Source: Alphaproteobacteria bacterium (GTDB lineage Bacteria > Pseudomonadota > Alphaproteobacteria > JAUHZY01). From it: a DNA stretch of 64,000 nt. The stretch is taken from contig JAUHZY010000001.1 in assembly GCA_030425825.1 (NCBI GenBank), positions 1,542,834 to 1,606,833 of the forward strand. The letters are read 5' to 3'. This document shows positions 10,847-21,384 of this stretch, piece by piece. Numbering within the stretch: position 1 is the stretch's first letter; each line of letters opens with the position of its first letter. The notes beneath the pieces are model-generated. The model worked only from the letters and a program-made list of their open reading frames with translations, ran no database searches and was not told the DNA's origin. The translations under genes were made by a program, and so were the position numbers.

Positions 10847-12003
10847 TTTAAATATAAATGAACCTCATTATTCGAAACCAGCTCACTTCTGGTTGCGCTA
10901 ACGGTGATTCGGTTAAGGGGCATGCCAAGAAGCGTTATGTTTTGTAAAACTTCTTCAGCGTTGTTTTTGGCCATTTCAGCTTGCCTCATAATTTCAGCAG
11001 GAGAACCTTCATTCGGGCTGACAGTAATCAGATCAAATGATGCGTCTGGGCGGCTTCTTAATGTCTCATGTAATGCAGCTTGCAAAGCACGACGATAATC
11101 TGTTTTTTTGCCTTCTTCAAAGCGAATGACAATCAGAGGACGTCTCTGTTTTGCAGCATCAATAGACCCTTCATCTAGGCGGCTTACTTTAGAAGCTGCT
11201 AAGATTCTGTTTGTTAAAGACGGTCTGTAAAGCCAGCCATTTTGAATTGCAATATGAAGCTTTGTTAAGGCACCTTGTTCAGTGTTTTGGGTTGCATTGT
11301 TACGGACGATTTCGTTGTTTACTCTCGTGAGATCTTGATTGGTCTCAGAGAGAAGAAGTACAGCTTCTTTTTCCAATTGTGAAAGCTGAAAGCGATCTTC
11401 TTTGTTTGCCGCTGGTGAAGCATGTGCAGCGCGAATACTTTCAATGAGAAAAGAGTTGATAGAGGATGAAGATGCCATTTGCTTGGAAAGAGAATCAAGG
11501 CGTCCAAGCGCTTCATTAATTTTATCTAGGTGTGCTTTTGCGTCATTCCACTGACGAATAAGGTTCTCGTCATTTGGTGTTGTCCCAGATTGAAGTTTTG
11601 CTTTTGTAAACCCTAAGATAGAGTAGTAATTCTTTAAGTTGCCATCAATGAAAGCTTTTAAGGCTTCAAACTCAGAGCGCCTCATATCAGCGCCGTCACG
11701 CAAGACACCAACGTCACCTTTAAGCTGTTGCATGCGATGCCCTGCAAACATGCCTGGGTGTGGCGGGTTTTGTATCAATCCTTGTCGTGATGCACCTTCA
11801 ATATCATAGAAGTCAATTTGCGTTGGCCCTGTTAATGACCCCATACGGTTAAGGCGGTAGCTTTCAGGTTCCTGAGGCCTTTGTGGTGTGGAAGAAGTTT
11901 TATCTGCAAATAAAGTAATGTCTTGGAAAGAATCCACAACATGTGCCCAGTCAGCACAAGCAGACAAAGAGAAGATAAGAAAAAGTAGAATTAATCGCGC
12001 CAT
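10843..12003 (-). CDS. Conserved hypothetical lipoprotein (coiled-coil plus C-terminal RPLxVIRF domain)
   Basis: Lipobox LSAC after MARLILLFLIFS, long helical region, C-terminal NEVHLYLK. Confidence 0.75.
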   Translation of the reverse strand: MARLILLFLIFSLSACADWAHVVDSFQDITLFADKTSSTPQRPQEPESYRLNRMGSLTGPTQIDFYDIEGASRQGLIQNPPHPGMFAGHRMQQLKGDVGVLRDGADMRRSEFEALKAFIDGNLKNYYSILGFTKAKLQSGTTPNDENLIRQWNDAKAHLDKINEALGRLDSLSKQMASSSSINSFLIESIRAAHASPAANKEDRFQLSQLEKEAVLLLSETNQDLTRVNNEIVRNNATQNTEQGALTKLHIAIQNGWLYRPSLTNRILAASKVSRLDEGSIDAAKQRRPLIVIRFEEGKKTDYRRALQAALHETLRSRPDASFDLITVSPNEGSPAEIMRQAEMAKNNAEEVLQNITLLGMPLNRITVSATRSELVSNNEVHLYLK

Positions 12004-12044
12004 AATATTGCCCTTATTTGTCAAAAATAACTTAACCAATGTTG

Positions 12045-12467
12045 CTATGAACTTCCAGCGGAATGTTTTCTAGAAGACAATTCATCAAGAAGATTTTGCT
12101 CTTTGTGTTTCAGTTCTTCATCTATTTCGTCTTGTTTCATTTCACGTGCCTTTTCAAATTTTTTAAAATCTTGGAAAGCAAGGAGAACTTTCTCGCGATG
12201 CTGTTCTGCGAGCACCTCAAGCTTTGCAATGTTTTTCTTAATATTATTTTGTTCTTGGCGCACACGCTCTATGTATCCTGGGATGAAAGATGCAACCTCG
12301 CTCTCATTTTGCTCACTGAGGCTGCGCACTTCTTCAATGAGGTTTTGCTCTAAGGTGATAATTTTCTGTTCTAAGCTCATGATTTGGGATTCTACAACAC
12401 CAAGTTCTTGGCGTTTTTCATCCAATTCAAACTTATGCAGTCTCACCAAGCTGTTCAGTGTTTTCAT
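12045..12467 (-). CDS. fliJ: Flagellar export chaperone FliJ
   Basis: MKTLNSLVRLHKFELDEKRQ...EQNLLDE coiled coil directly after fliI. Confidence 0.88.
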   Translation of the reverse strand: MKTLNSLVRLHKFELDEKRQELGVVESQIMSLEQKIITLEQNLIEEVRSLSEQNESEVASFIPGYIERVRQEQNNIKKNIAKLEVLAEQHREKVLLAFQDFKKFEKAREMKQDEIDEELKHKEQNLLDELSSRKHSAGSS

Positions 12468-13851
12468 TTTCTACTTCTTCTTGTTCATCTGAAATAAAAC
12501 CAAGTATTGTTGCCAGCTCGGTATACCCTTGTTGGAAGGTATAGGCTTGTTCTTTTCGTTGGCTTAAGAACTGTTCTAATTGTGGGTGATAGTGGATGGC
12601 CTCATCAATTTGGGGATCAGAACCTTTACGATATGCACCAAGGCGGATCATCTCTGCCATGTCGTCATAAACAGACATCAACTCACGCGCGCGAGAGATG
12701 ATTGTGATCTCATCTTCGGTGTTACAATTAGGCATGGTTCTTGAGACACTTCTTAAAATGTTAATAGGTGGATAGCGTCCACGCTCAGCAATTTTTCTAT
12801 CTAAAACGATATGACCATCCAAAATACCACGCGCAGCGTCAGATATAGGTTCATTATGGTCATCACCTTCTACCAGAACTGTGAACAACCCTGTGATCGA
12901 TCCGACTTCACCGTCTTCGTCAGGAACGCCTGGTCCGGCACGCTCTAATAGTTTTGAAAGCTCTGAGAAAACAGTAGGTGTATACCCCTTGCTTGCAGGC
13001 GGTTCGCCTACAGAAAGGCCAATTTCACGTTGCGCCATGGCAAAACGTGTTACACTATCCATCAAACAAAGAACATCCAAATTATGATCGCGGAAATATT
13101 CAGCAACAGCCATTGTTAGATAAGCAGCTTGCCTTCTCATCAAAGGAGACTCATCAGAAGTAGAGGCGATGACAACACTTCTCTTAAGACCTTCTTCGCC
13201 TAGATCATCTTCGATAAACTCTTTCAGTTCGCGTCCACGTTCACCAATCAGACCAATCACGTTTACATCGCTTGCTGTGTAGCGTGCCAGCATTGATAAA
13301 AGTGTTGATTTACCAACACCAGACCCTGCAAAAATACCCATTCTTTGGCCTTTACAGCATGTAAGGAACGTATTCATGCCGCGCACACCAAGGTCTAGTT
13401 TGCCGCCAACGCGTTCGCGGTCGTGTGCTGAAGGCGGAGAGGCACGTAAATAATAAGGCTCGTCTCCTTGAATAAGAGGTCCTAAGCCGTCAACAGGCTC
13501 TCCAAAAGCGTTAAGAACACGTCCTAACCAAGAAGGGTCAGGAAAGATGACAGAGCCTGTGTTTCTAAGTTCAGCACGACACCCGAGTGAGATCCCTTCA
13601 AGGGCGCCAAAAGGCATCGCAACAGCTTTATTTCCGTGAAAACCAACTATTTCACACATGACAGAGTTGCGATCTTTGGGCTTCAATTCACATTGATCAC
13701 CAATTGATAGTTTTGTTCCAAATCCTTCGATTTCGATGGAAAGCCCAAGAACACTGGCGACACGTCCAAAATATACCTCATCATGAATGCAATCAATTTG
13801 CGATTTGATGGTGTTAAATTTATGAGAAATAGGGTTTGTTTCTTCAATCAT
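12433..13851 (-). CDS. fliI: Flagellar export ATPase FliI
   Basis: GIFAGSGVGKS, IGERGRE, DSVTRFAMAQREIG. Confidence 0.96.
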   Translation of the reverse strand: MIEETNPISHKFNTIKSQIDCIHDEVYFGRVASVLGLSIEIEGFGTKLSIGDQCELKPKDRNSVMCEIVGFHGNKAVAMPFGALEGISLGCRAELRNTGSVIFPDPSWLGRVLNAFGEPVDGLGPLIQGDEPYYLRASPPSAHDRERVGGKLDLGVRGMNTFLTCCKGQRMGIFAGSGVGKSTLLSMLARYTASDVNVIGLIGERGRELKEFIEDDLGEEGLKRSVVIASTSDESPLMRRQAAYLTMAVAEYFRDHNLDVLCLMDSVTRFAMAQREIGLSVGEPPASKGYTPTVFSELSKLLERAGPGVPDEDGEVGSITGLFTVLVEGDDHNEPISDAARGILDGHIVLDRKIAERGRYPPINILRSVSRTMPNCNTEDEITIISRARELMSVYDDMAEMIRLGAYRKGSDPQIDEAIHYHPQLEQFLSQRKEQAYTFQQGYTELATILGFISDEQEEVENENTEQLGETA

Positions 13852-13940
13852 CTCAACGTGTTGTGTCTATTATATGGAAATACCACAACATCATGTCATA
13901 AAAGGGAAAATTTTGGAAGAGAGAGATAAAAAAATATGGC

Positions 13941-14585
13941 CTATCTTTTGCGGAGCTTTTTCTCGATAATCTTTAACTTATCTTTCGCCATTTTAAAGTC
14001 GGCTTCGCTTGCAGCAAGATACCATTTATAGGCTTTGTCATAGTCACGTTTGACACCCAAACCTTCTTCATACATAAAGCCTAGATTATATTGTGCTTGT
14101 TCTAAGCCTTGTTCAGCCGCTTTCTGGAAAAGGTCAGCCGCTTTCTTATAGTCTTTTTCAACACTCATACCTTTGAAGTAAAAAATTCCTAAATTATATT
14201 GGGCATATTTATGTCCTAGATTGGCAGCAGACTCATACCAAACAGAAGATATTTTGAAGTTTTGTGGGACGCCGTAACCTTTTTCATATGAAACCCCGAG
14301 GCGATATTGTGTGTTTGAAATGTCCTGGCGGATAGGGTCGCGGTTCAGCGTGACTTTTTCTAGGTCTTGTGGCGCAAAATAAGCATCATCAGGATAAATC
14401 TCAGCACTGTCTTTTTCACTTCTCTCATTTTCTACAAACTCTTCATCAGTAAAGCTTGTTTCAGGAAGAGATCTATTTTGAATGTATAGTCCGATAAAAA
14501 CGGCAATCAAAATGATAAAAAGGATCTCAAGAAAAGGTCTGTGAGAGTTCGCGATAGCAGGAAGATTACGTTTGCCTTTTGTCAT
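13941..14585 (-). CDS. Membrane-anchored Sel1-repeat protein
   Basis: N-terminal TM. Three Sel1 repeats (QYRLGVSYEKGYGV, AQYNLGIFYFKGMSV, AQYNLGFMYEEGLGV). Confidence 0.9.
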   Translation of the reverse strand: MTKGKRNLPAIANSHRPFLEILFIILIAVFIGLYIQNRSLPETSFTDEEFVENERSEKDSAEIYPDDAYFAPQDLEKVTLNRDPIRQDISNTQYRLGVSYEKGYGVPQNFKISSVWYESAANLGHKYAQYNLGIFYFKGMSVEKDYKKAADLFQKAAEQGLEQAQYNLGFMYEEGLGVKRDYDKAYKWYLAASEADFKMAKDKLKIIEKKLRKR

Positions 14586-14598
14586 CTCTACTTAAACC

Positions 14599-16767
14599 TT
14601 AAGGATTCTGATTTGGTTTGGGGGTAGAGTTACTGATCTGACTATGCAACATTGTCCAGCGACGCTGTGCAACACCAGCTGCTTTCATTGCGACACCAGA
14701 TGCAATTGCCGTGGTTGCGCCTGCAACAGCCTGACCTGCGCCCGTAGAGAATTGAGATTCAGCAAACTGACCTGCCATTGCATCAGCTTTTTGTAACAAG
14801 AAGAATAATAATGCGGAGGCGAAGAACAATGCCCAGAAAGAAGGCTTATGAATCGCCATACGGTACATAAAGTTCCCAACAATTTGCGGGTTTTCTTCTA
14901 GCATGCTTGAGATATGACCTCGAAGCCTGTCACCCAGTCCACCGCCAACATTGAGACCAAAGAGCTCAAAATCTTGATCTGAAAGCTCTTCCGAGCCAAC
15001 ATTTCCAGAAGTTTGCTGTTCTTTTGCGATGCTGCTTTGTATTGTTGTGTTGCCAAGTGAGTAAAGAAGCGTTCCATCAATCGCTTTCATGAGGTCTCCC
15101 GGCGTTTTAATAAGAGACATTTTGAGCTTATCACATTTGGGAACGCTGGTGCCTCCTGCAGATGCAGATGTATAACCTGTTGCTTCACAAAGTTCGTCTG
15201 CAATATTACTAATGCTTTTGTAACACTGAACGATAGCTTTATATTTAGCCGTTTGTGTTGGATCAGTGATCACATCACCTTTATCATCTTTTGGAGATCC
15301 TACTAAAAAGCTTTCTTTTTCTTCGTCTGAAATAGCTTTTGCAGGTTTACATTGTTGGTTTTCATATGCTTCCGTGACATCTGTGCGGAGCTCTGTATTA
15401 CCTCGAATTTTTATAGGACCCTTGATCCGAACAAAATAATTTGCTGCTTCTTGGTCGTATTCTATGACAGTCATGGTGATGGCTGCTCGTATAAGAGAAG
15501 CTGACAAAGCGACGGCAATACCAACAAAAAGAATAGCTAATGCACCGTGTAAGATCATACGAATGACTAGGCGCAGTGGTTGACGGAACGGTTTAAAGAC
15601 CGCAAGTGCGATGGCCAATGGTGCAATTAATGATGCAATAGCAATACGGAAGAACACCTCAACCATTAAGAATGGGAAACCAAGCATTGCAAGGCCATAA
15701 ATAAAGATCAACAAGAACCCTGCAACCATTTGCGATAGAACAGTTGGAAAAATACCTGAAAACACATCTTTAACCCAAAACTCCCAAAAGCTTGTGGCTT
15801 CACCAGGCTGTAAAAGCGCGTATATCCCAATTGTTAGACCTGTTGCCAAAAGCCTTTGGATTCCTGCTAGGCGACAATTAATGCCATCACGAATTTCTTG
15901 TGAGACGACTTTTGAGTTACCACCATAAGGGTTCACATTTGACCCACAATATTCGCCGTGAGCATTCTTTTTGCTAGCATCCTGGGTAGGATCTTTGAGA
16001 ATCTCAAACCTGAATGCTTTCATAAACTCCTGACCAGAATTAACATCGCTGTCGAAATTATCAGCAATATTTGTCAGGTAAATCATCCCGACAGAGTCAC
16101 CTAAAAGAATAATTCTTTTTGACCAGTCGAGCGAGATTTTTAACATGGGAACGGCTGTATAGGCGGTGAAAGTTAAGTCATTATAGCTAATTTGCTTACC
16201 TGTTTTTGCCCGCCCACTTTCATAGTTGATACTTGCGTTCATGCCAGACCCTGATGTCAAAAGACCGAAAGCCATGATGCTTAATGCGATTTTAACAAAG
16301 ATATCATTAAAGACGCTGCTAACCTGGCCTGCAGGACCGAAGGGCAAGAGAATTTTACTGACCTGTATCACGAGCCAGATGGCAAGCATGGCTTTAAGTA
16401 AGTTTCCTGCCGAGACATTACTTAAGAAAAAGCCACGTACGGCAATTTCTTCTGAGATAATTGAAACAGCATCGAAAAGTGGACATGCCCAACAAGTTGA
16501 AAGAGACTCATAGCGCTCCTCTGCAGGGCCAAGTAGTGATCCTGTGATTGCTGCAACAGCCCTTTTAAATACACTCCATTTCGGATCGGCAATCAGCTCA
16601 AGAAAAGTGGGGCTTCCTAAAAGGTTTTTGGCTTTGCTAATCGTGTCTTGGGCTGCAGCATCAGAAGCAAATGTAACCAAAGAAGTCTGATGTGTATCAA
16701 AATTTGGCGTTGCAAATAATGCAAAGACAAAGAACAGGCTGAAAATAAAACCTTTTTTTAGACTCAT
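14599..16767 (-). CDS. VirB6/TrbL-like polytopic membrane protein
   Basis: Signal-like N-terminus, CWACPLF, TM core FRIAIASLIAPLAIALAVFKPFR, Ala/Gly-rich tail. Start set by ATGA overlap at 16767. Confidence 0.6.
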   Translation of the reverse strand: MSLKKGFIFSLFFVFALFATPNFDTHQTSLVTFASDAAAQDTISKAKNLLGSPTFLELIADPKWSVFKRAVAAITGSLLGPAEERYESLSTCWACPLFDAVSIISEEIAVRGFFLSNVSAGNLLKAMLAIWLVIQVSKILLPFGPAGQVSSVFNDIFVKIALSIMAFGLLTSGSGMNASINYESGRAKTGKQISYNDLTFTAYTAVPMLKISLDWSKRIILLGDSVGMIYLTNIADNFDSDVNSGQEFMKAFRFEILKDPTQDASKKNAHGEYCGSNVNPYGGNSKVVSQEIRDGINCRLAGIQRLLATGLTIGIYALLQPGEATSFWEFWVKDVFSGIFPTVLSQMVAGFLLIFIYGLAMLGFPFLMVEVFFRIAIASLIAPLAIALAVFKPFRQPLRLVIRMILHGALAILFVGIAVALSASLIRAAITMTVIEYDQEAANYFVRIKGPIKIRGNTELRTDVTEAYENQQCKPAKAISDEEKESFLVGSPKDDKGDVITDPTQTAKYKAIVQCYKSISNIADELCEATGYTSASAGGTSVPKCDKLKMSLIKTPGDLMKAIDGTLLYSLGNTTIQSSIAKEQQTSGNVGSEELSDQDFELFGLNVGGGLGDRLRGHISSMLEENPQIVGNFMYRMAIHKPSFWALFFASALLFFLLQKADAMAGQFAESQFSTGAGQAVAGATTAIASGVAMKAAGVAQRRWTMLHSQISNSTPKPNQNP

Positions 16768-17198
16768 TTTTCTTTTGTATCCTTGCTTTCTTGACCTTTT
16801 AATGTGCCACGCTTGTATCGCCAATAAGCATAGGCGACGCCACCAAGTCCTGCAATCAAAATAAGATCTGTTAAGTAAGTTCCATCAAGCAATACCCAAT
16901 CAATTAAAATCAAAGCCCCTAATGTTGCAATAATTATATTGTCGCGCATTTGCTCTTTTTGAAAGATATCGTGGTTTTTTGCATTTATTTTTTGTTGTTT
17001 CTCGGGGTCGTCACGTCTTTCCATTGCGATTGAGATGGCATCGGCTAATACTTCTGGGCTGACGTTTGAGTAGTCTGAGGGACTTATTTGTTTTTTCTGA
17101 TCGTTTGCTGCAGAAGGGCTTGATGATGGTTCTGATGACTCAGATGATTCTATGGAATCTTCTTTTGAAGCAATGGTCTCAGTGCTTTGAGACGTCAT
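16764..17198 (-). CDS. Hypothetical membrane protein (acidic Ser-rich N-terminus, 2 TM)
   Basis: GAGGA SD before ATG 17198 (alternative start 17237). Coupled to the next gene. Confidence 0.7.
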   Translation of the reverse strand: MTSQSTETIASKEDSIESSESSEPSSSPSAANDQKKQISPSDYSNVSPEVLADAISIAMERRDDPEKQQKINAKNHDIFQKEQMRDNIIIATLGALILIDWVLLDGTYLTDLILIAGLGGVAYAYWRYKRGTLKGQESKDTKEK

Positions 17199-17248
17199 AT
17201 TGTTATCCTCATTTAATTCTCTGTCAAAAGCAGACATGACATTTTACC

Positions 17249-17257
17249 ATTATATCA
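17249..17257 (-). promoter_or_regulatory. Extended -10 promoter element
   Basis: TGATATAAT on the minus strand. Confidence 0.5.
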
Positions 17258-17369
17258 AAATACAAGGCAAAAATAAACCCATGACACAAGATATGCTGTC
17301 AGCCTGCTGTGAAGCAAAGAAATTTAGAGTGAACAACAGCTTTCGCTGTGTGTGCGTGATATTTTGGTA

Positions 17370-18206
17370 CTATTCTTGTCTTAAAAGATCATTAATAGAT
17401 GTTTTTGAGCGCGTTCGCTCATCAACACGTTTGACAATCACAGCACAGTATAAATTAGGTCCTGGCGTACCATCAGGAAGCGGTTTCCCAGGCATTGTGC
17501 CAGAAACAACAACGCTGTATGCAGGGACGCGCCCATAATGTACCTCGCCTGTTGCGCGATCAACAATCTTTGTGCTGGCGCCTAGGTAAACACCCATTGA
17601 AAGAACAGATCCTTCTTCAACAACCACGCCTTCAGCAACTTCAGCACGCGCACCAATAAAGCAGTTGTCTTCAATAATAACGGGACCAGCTTGTAGGGGC
17701 TCCAGGACACCGCCAATGCCTGCACCACCTGAAATATGAACATTCTTACCAATTTGCGCGCAAGATCCAACAGTTGCCCATGTATCAATCATTGCACCAG
17801 AGTCAACGTAGGCACCAAGATTAACAAAGGAAGGCATCAAAACAACGTTTGGTGCAATATAGGCTGAATGTCTTACAGTACAGTTTGGTACAGCACGAAA
17901 CCCTGCATTCCGGAATTCGTTTTCACCCCACCCTTCAAACTTTGAAGGGACTTTATCAAACCAGCTTGACCCATTTGGTCCCCCAGAAATAGGCGCCATA
18001 TCGTTCAGGCGAAATGAAAGAAGGACAGCTTTTTTTAGCCATTGATTAACTTGCCATGTGCCATCTGTTTTCTCAGCTACACGGCGTTCGCCAGAATCAA
18101 GAAGGTTTAGAGCGGTGTTAACAGCATCTCTTGCATCGCCTTGTGTATCAATTGAAAGTCCGTCGCGGCCTTCCCAAAGTTCATTGATTGTATTTTCTAA
18201 GCTCAT
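17370..18206 (-). CDS. dapD: Tetrahydrodipicolinate N-succinyltransferase
   Basis: [34 protein letters not shown]. Confidence 0.98.
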   Translation of the reverse strand: MSLENTINELWEGRDGLSIDTQGDARDAVNTALNLLDSGERRVAEKTDGTWQVNQWLKKAVLLSFRLNDMAPISGGPNGSSWFDKVPSKFEGWGENEFRNAGFRAVPNCTVRHSAYIAPNVVLMPSFVNLGAYVDSGAMIDTWATVGSCAQIGKNVHISGGAGIGGVLEPLQAGPVIIEDNCFIGARAEVAEGVVVEEGSVLSMGVYLGASTKIVDRATGEVHYGRVPAYSVVVSGTMPGKPLPDGTPGPNLYCAVIVKRVDERTRSKTSINDLLRQE

Positions 18207-19759
18207 GATAGTTTTTCCTTTATCAGTTCAATTGTTTCATCTTTACCATACAAGGCAATAAATGATCCCATACGTGGCCCTTGATCCTGTCCAAGTAATA
18301 CTTGATATAAGACTTTGAACCAAGATTTCAAATCGTTCTCAAAATATTTCTTCCCAATTGTGAAAACTTCTGTTTGAAGCTCGCCTGCATCCAGGTTGTC
18401 ACCTAGGCCTTCTAAAGCCGCTTTTAGTTCTTCTATCGCTTGGCGTTCAAGGTCTGTTGGCGCGCGGTAATTCTTGTGTGGTTTTACAAAATCACGATAG
18501 TAAGTAAGTGCGTACCCAACAAGTTCATCCATCAAGGGTGCATTTGCAGGTGATAAATCTTTATCATACCGCGAGATAAATCCCCAAAGAACAGCCTTAT
18601 CTTCAGTATTACAAACACTTGCTAGGTTGAGAAGGATTGAGAAGCTTAAAGGCGTTTGAGCGGCTTTCCGTGCGACAGGCAGAGATTTCTCAATATGCCA
18701 TGCAGGATTATCAAATGGCTTCTCGTCATGAGCGAGTTTCCGAGAAAATGTGAGATATTCATCGACAGCCTTAGGAATCACATCAAAAAAGAGTCTTTTT
18801 GCTGTTTTTGGCTTTTGGTACATAAACAGCGCAAGGCTTTCTGCTGGTGCGTAAGTAAGCCATTCATCCAAAGAAATACCGTTTCCTTTAGATTTAGAAA
18901 TCTTACTGCCTTTATCATCCAAGAAAAGTTCATAGGTTAGATTTTGCGGCGGTCTTCCACCAATAATTTTTGCAATTTTACTTGAAAGTTTTACAGATTC
19001 ATCCAGGTCTTTGCCTGACATTTCATAATCAACACCTAGTGCAACCCAGCGCATTGCCCAGTCAACTTTCCATTGCAGTTTACAGTGACCACCTGTCACA
19101 GGTTGCGTGACGATTGACCCATCTTCATCTTTAAAAGTAATGGTTCCTGCTTTGACGTCTTTATCCATCAAAGGTACCTGTAGGACTTTTCCGCTGCTTG
19201 GGCTGATCGGTAGAAATGGACTGTAAGTTTGACGGCGTTCTTCACCTAGTGTTGGTAAGATAACATTGATCACATCGTCATAATTTTCCAGTATTTTCAT
19301 TAATGTTTCATCAAATTCGCCAGCTTTATAGGCTTCTGTTGAGCTTTTAAACTCGTATTCAAAGCCAAACTGATCCAGAAAACGCTGAAGGCGATTATTG
19401 TTGTGCTCACCAAAGCTGTTATGTGTTTCAAAGGGATCTGGAACAACAGTGAGGGGCTTTTCTAAATGTTGCGCCAACATATCTTTGTTAGGGACGTTAT
19501 CAGGCACTTTACGTAGGCCATCTAAGTCATCAGAAAAGCAAATAAGTTTTGTTGGAATGTCGCTGAGCGTTTCAAAAGCACGCTTAACCATCATTGTCCG
19601 TCCAACTTCTCCAAATGTGCCAATATGTGGCAGGCCTGATGGTCCATACCCTGTTTCAAAAAGGACGTAGCCTTTTTCGGGTATTTTGTTTTGAAGGCGT
19701 TGCAGCAATCTGCGCGCTTCTTCAAAGGGCCATGCTTTTGCAGAAGTTGGATCAGACAT
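18203..19759 (-). CDS. lysS: Class I lysyl-tRNA synthetase
   Basis: [14 protein letters not shown] (HIGH-like) and KISKSKGN (KMSKS-like). Start moved to [12 protein letters not shown]. Confidence 0.96.
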   Translation of the reverse strand: MSDPTSAKAWPFEEARRLLQRLQNKIPEKGYVLFETGYGPSGLPHIGTFGEVGRTMMVKRAFETLSDIPTKLICFSDDLDGLRKVPDNVPNKDMLAQHLEKPLTVVPDPFETHNSFGEHNNNRLQRFLDQFGFEYEFKSSTEAYKAGEFDETLMKILENYDDVINVILPTLGEERRQTYSPFLPISPSSGKVLQVPLMDKDVKAGTITFKDEDGSIVTQPVTGGHCKLQWKVDWAMRWVALGVDYEMSGKDLDESVKLSSKIAKIIGGRPPQNLTYELFLDDKGSKISKSKGNGISLDEWLTYAPAESLALFMYQKPKTAKRLFFDVIPKAVDEYLTFSRKLAHDEKPFDNPAWHIEKSLPVARKAAQTPLSFSILLNLASVCNTEDKAVLWGFISRYDKDLSPANAPLMDELVGYALTYYRDFVKPHKNYRAPTDLERQAIEELKAALEGLGDNLDAGELQTEVFTIGKKYFENDLKSWFKVLYQVLLGQDQGPRMGSFIALYGKDETIELIKEKLS

Positions 19760-19766
19760 AATGATA

Positions 19767-20186
19767 TTATCCAACGATTTCTTCAGGTTGGAAGAAAAAG
19801 TCAATTTCAATCGCTGCATTCTCTTCACTATCAGAACCATGTACAGAGTTTGCTTCAATTGACTCGGCAAACATTTTGCGGATTGTTCCTTCATCAGCAT
19901 CTTCTGGGTTTGTTGCGCCCATCAGTTCACGGTTTTTCAATACAGCGTTCTCGCCTTCTAGAACCTGAACAACAACAGGGCCAGAAATCATAAACTCACA
20001 TAGGTCATTGAAGAAAGGGCGTTCTTTGTGTACGCCGTAAAAACCTTCAGCTTGTGCACGTGTCATGTGAATGCGTTTTTGTGCAACAATGCGTAGACCG
20101 TTTTCTTCGAAAACAGCGTTGATTTTACCTGTCAGATTGCGTTTTGTTGCATCTGGCTTGATAATTGAAAAAGTTCTTTGAGTCAT
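19767..20186 (-). CDS. ndk: Nucleoside diphosphate kinase
   Basis: [17 protein letters not shown]. Confidence 0.98.
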   Translation of the reverse strand: MTQRTFSIIKPDATKRNLTGKINAVFEENGLRIVAQKRIHMTRAQAEGFYGVHKERPFFNDLCEFMISGPVVVQVLEGENAVLKNRELMGATNPEDADEGTIRKMFAESIEANSVHGSDSEENAAIEIDFFFQPEEIVG

Positions 20187-20277
20187 TTTAGTTACCTCTT
20201 TTAAATAGTTTATTGTTGTAGGGGCACTATATATAACGTTAACATCTAAGGAATTCTAGTCTTTTTAAGGAATAAAA

Positions 20278-21312
20278 ATGAAACAAATCAACTGTGCAAT
20301 TTTAGGGGCGAGTGGTTATACAGGTGCCGAGCTTGTACGTCTTCTTGAAGGCCATCCGACATTTGTTATTAAGGCACTGACTGCCAACCGCCATGCTGGC
20401 AAGCCGATGGAAGAAATTTTCCCGCATGTATCGCTGGCAAACTTACCTGAAATGGTTCGAATTGAAGATGTTCAATGGAATAATATTCAGTTGGTCTTTT
20501 GTGCTTTGCCGCATGCAACCACACAAGAAGTTATTAAAGACCTTCCAGAGCATTTAAAAATTGTTGATTTATCAGCTGATTTTCGTATTAGGGACGCCGC
20601 TGTTTATGAAGAATGGTATGGTAAACCACATGGTGCGCAGCATCTTCAGGATTTTGCGGTGTATGGTCTTGTTGAGCATTATCGTGAAGAAATAAAAAAA
20701 ACTAATCTGGTTGCCTCTCCTGGGTGTTACCCGACATCAGCTTTATTGCCATTGATTCCCCTATTGGAAGAAAAATTGATTGATCCGTCATCAATTATTA
20801 TTGATGCAAAGACAGGTGTCACAGGGGCGGGGCGCTCGCCAAAAGAAAGCTCTCTTTTTGCAGAAATCTCGGAAGGGATGAAGGCTTACGGTATTGGTCA
20901 TCACCGACATATGGCCGAAATTGAGCAAGAGCTTAGCCTTGCTATGGGTGAAGATGTGACAATCAGTTTTACACCGCACTTGGTGCCAATGAATCGTGGA
21001 ATTTTATCAACGATTTATGTTTCAACAGATCATTTTGTTGGTGATATTCGTGATGCGCTGAAAAAAAGATATCAATCTGATACCTTCGTTCACGTGTTGG
21101 ATGAGGGGCAGGTTCCTGAAACACGTTATGTGCGTGGGGTTAACCATTGCGTGATGTCTGTCTTTCCTGATCGTCATGCCAGCCGTGTGATTATTGTTTC
21201 TGTGATTGATAATCTTGTTAAAGGCGCATCTGGTCAAGCGATTCAGGCGGCCAACCTTATGTTTGATTTAAGTGAAGATGATGGTCTGAAGGGGCTGCCT
21301 TTTTTCCCTTAA
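20278..21312 (+). CDS. argC: N-acetyl-gamma-glutamyl-phosphate reductase
   Basis: GASGYTG, PGCYPT, DNLVKGASGQA. Confidence 0.97.
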   Translation: MKQINCAILGASGYTGAELVRLLEGHPTFVIKALTANRHAGKPMEEIFPHVSLANLPEMVRIEDVQWNNIQLVFCALPHATTQEVIKDLPEHLKIVDLSADFRIRDAAVYEEWYGKPHGAQHLQDFAVYGLVEHYREEIKKTNLVASPGCYPTSALLPLIPLLEEKLIDPSSIIIDAKTGVTGAGRSPKESSLFAEISEGMKAYGIGHHRHMAEIEQELSLAMGEDVTISFTPHLVPMNRGILSTIYVSTDHFVGDIRDALKKRYQSDTFVHVLDEGQVPETRYVRGVNHCVMSVFPDRHASRVIIVSVIDNLVKGASGQAIQAANLMFDLSEDDGLKGLPFFP

Positions 21313-21384
21313 GTTCGTACATTAGAACGTGACAAATCTCCTTCCTTTTTATAGGTTGAAGCATTCAATGCGAAAGGATGAAAC

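Noticed and set aside
18203-19759. Class I (archaeal-type) LysRS as possible horizontal transfer
   Set aside because: Class I LysRS is normal for many Alphaproteobacteria.
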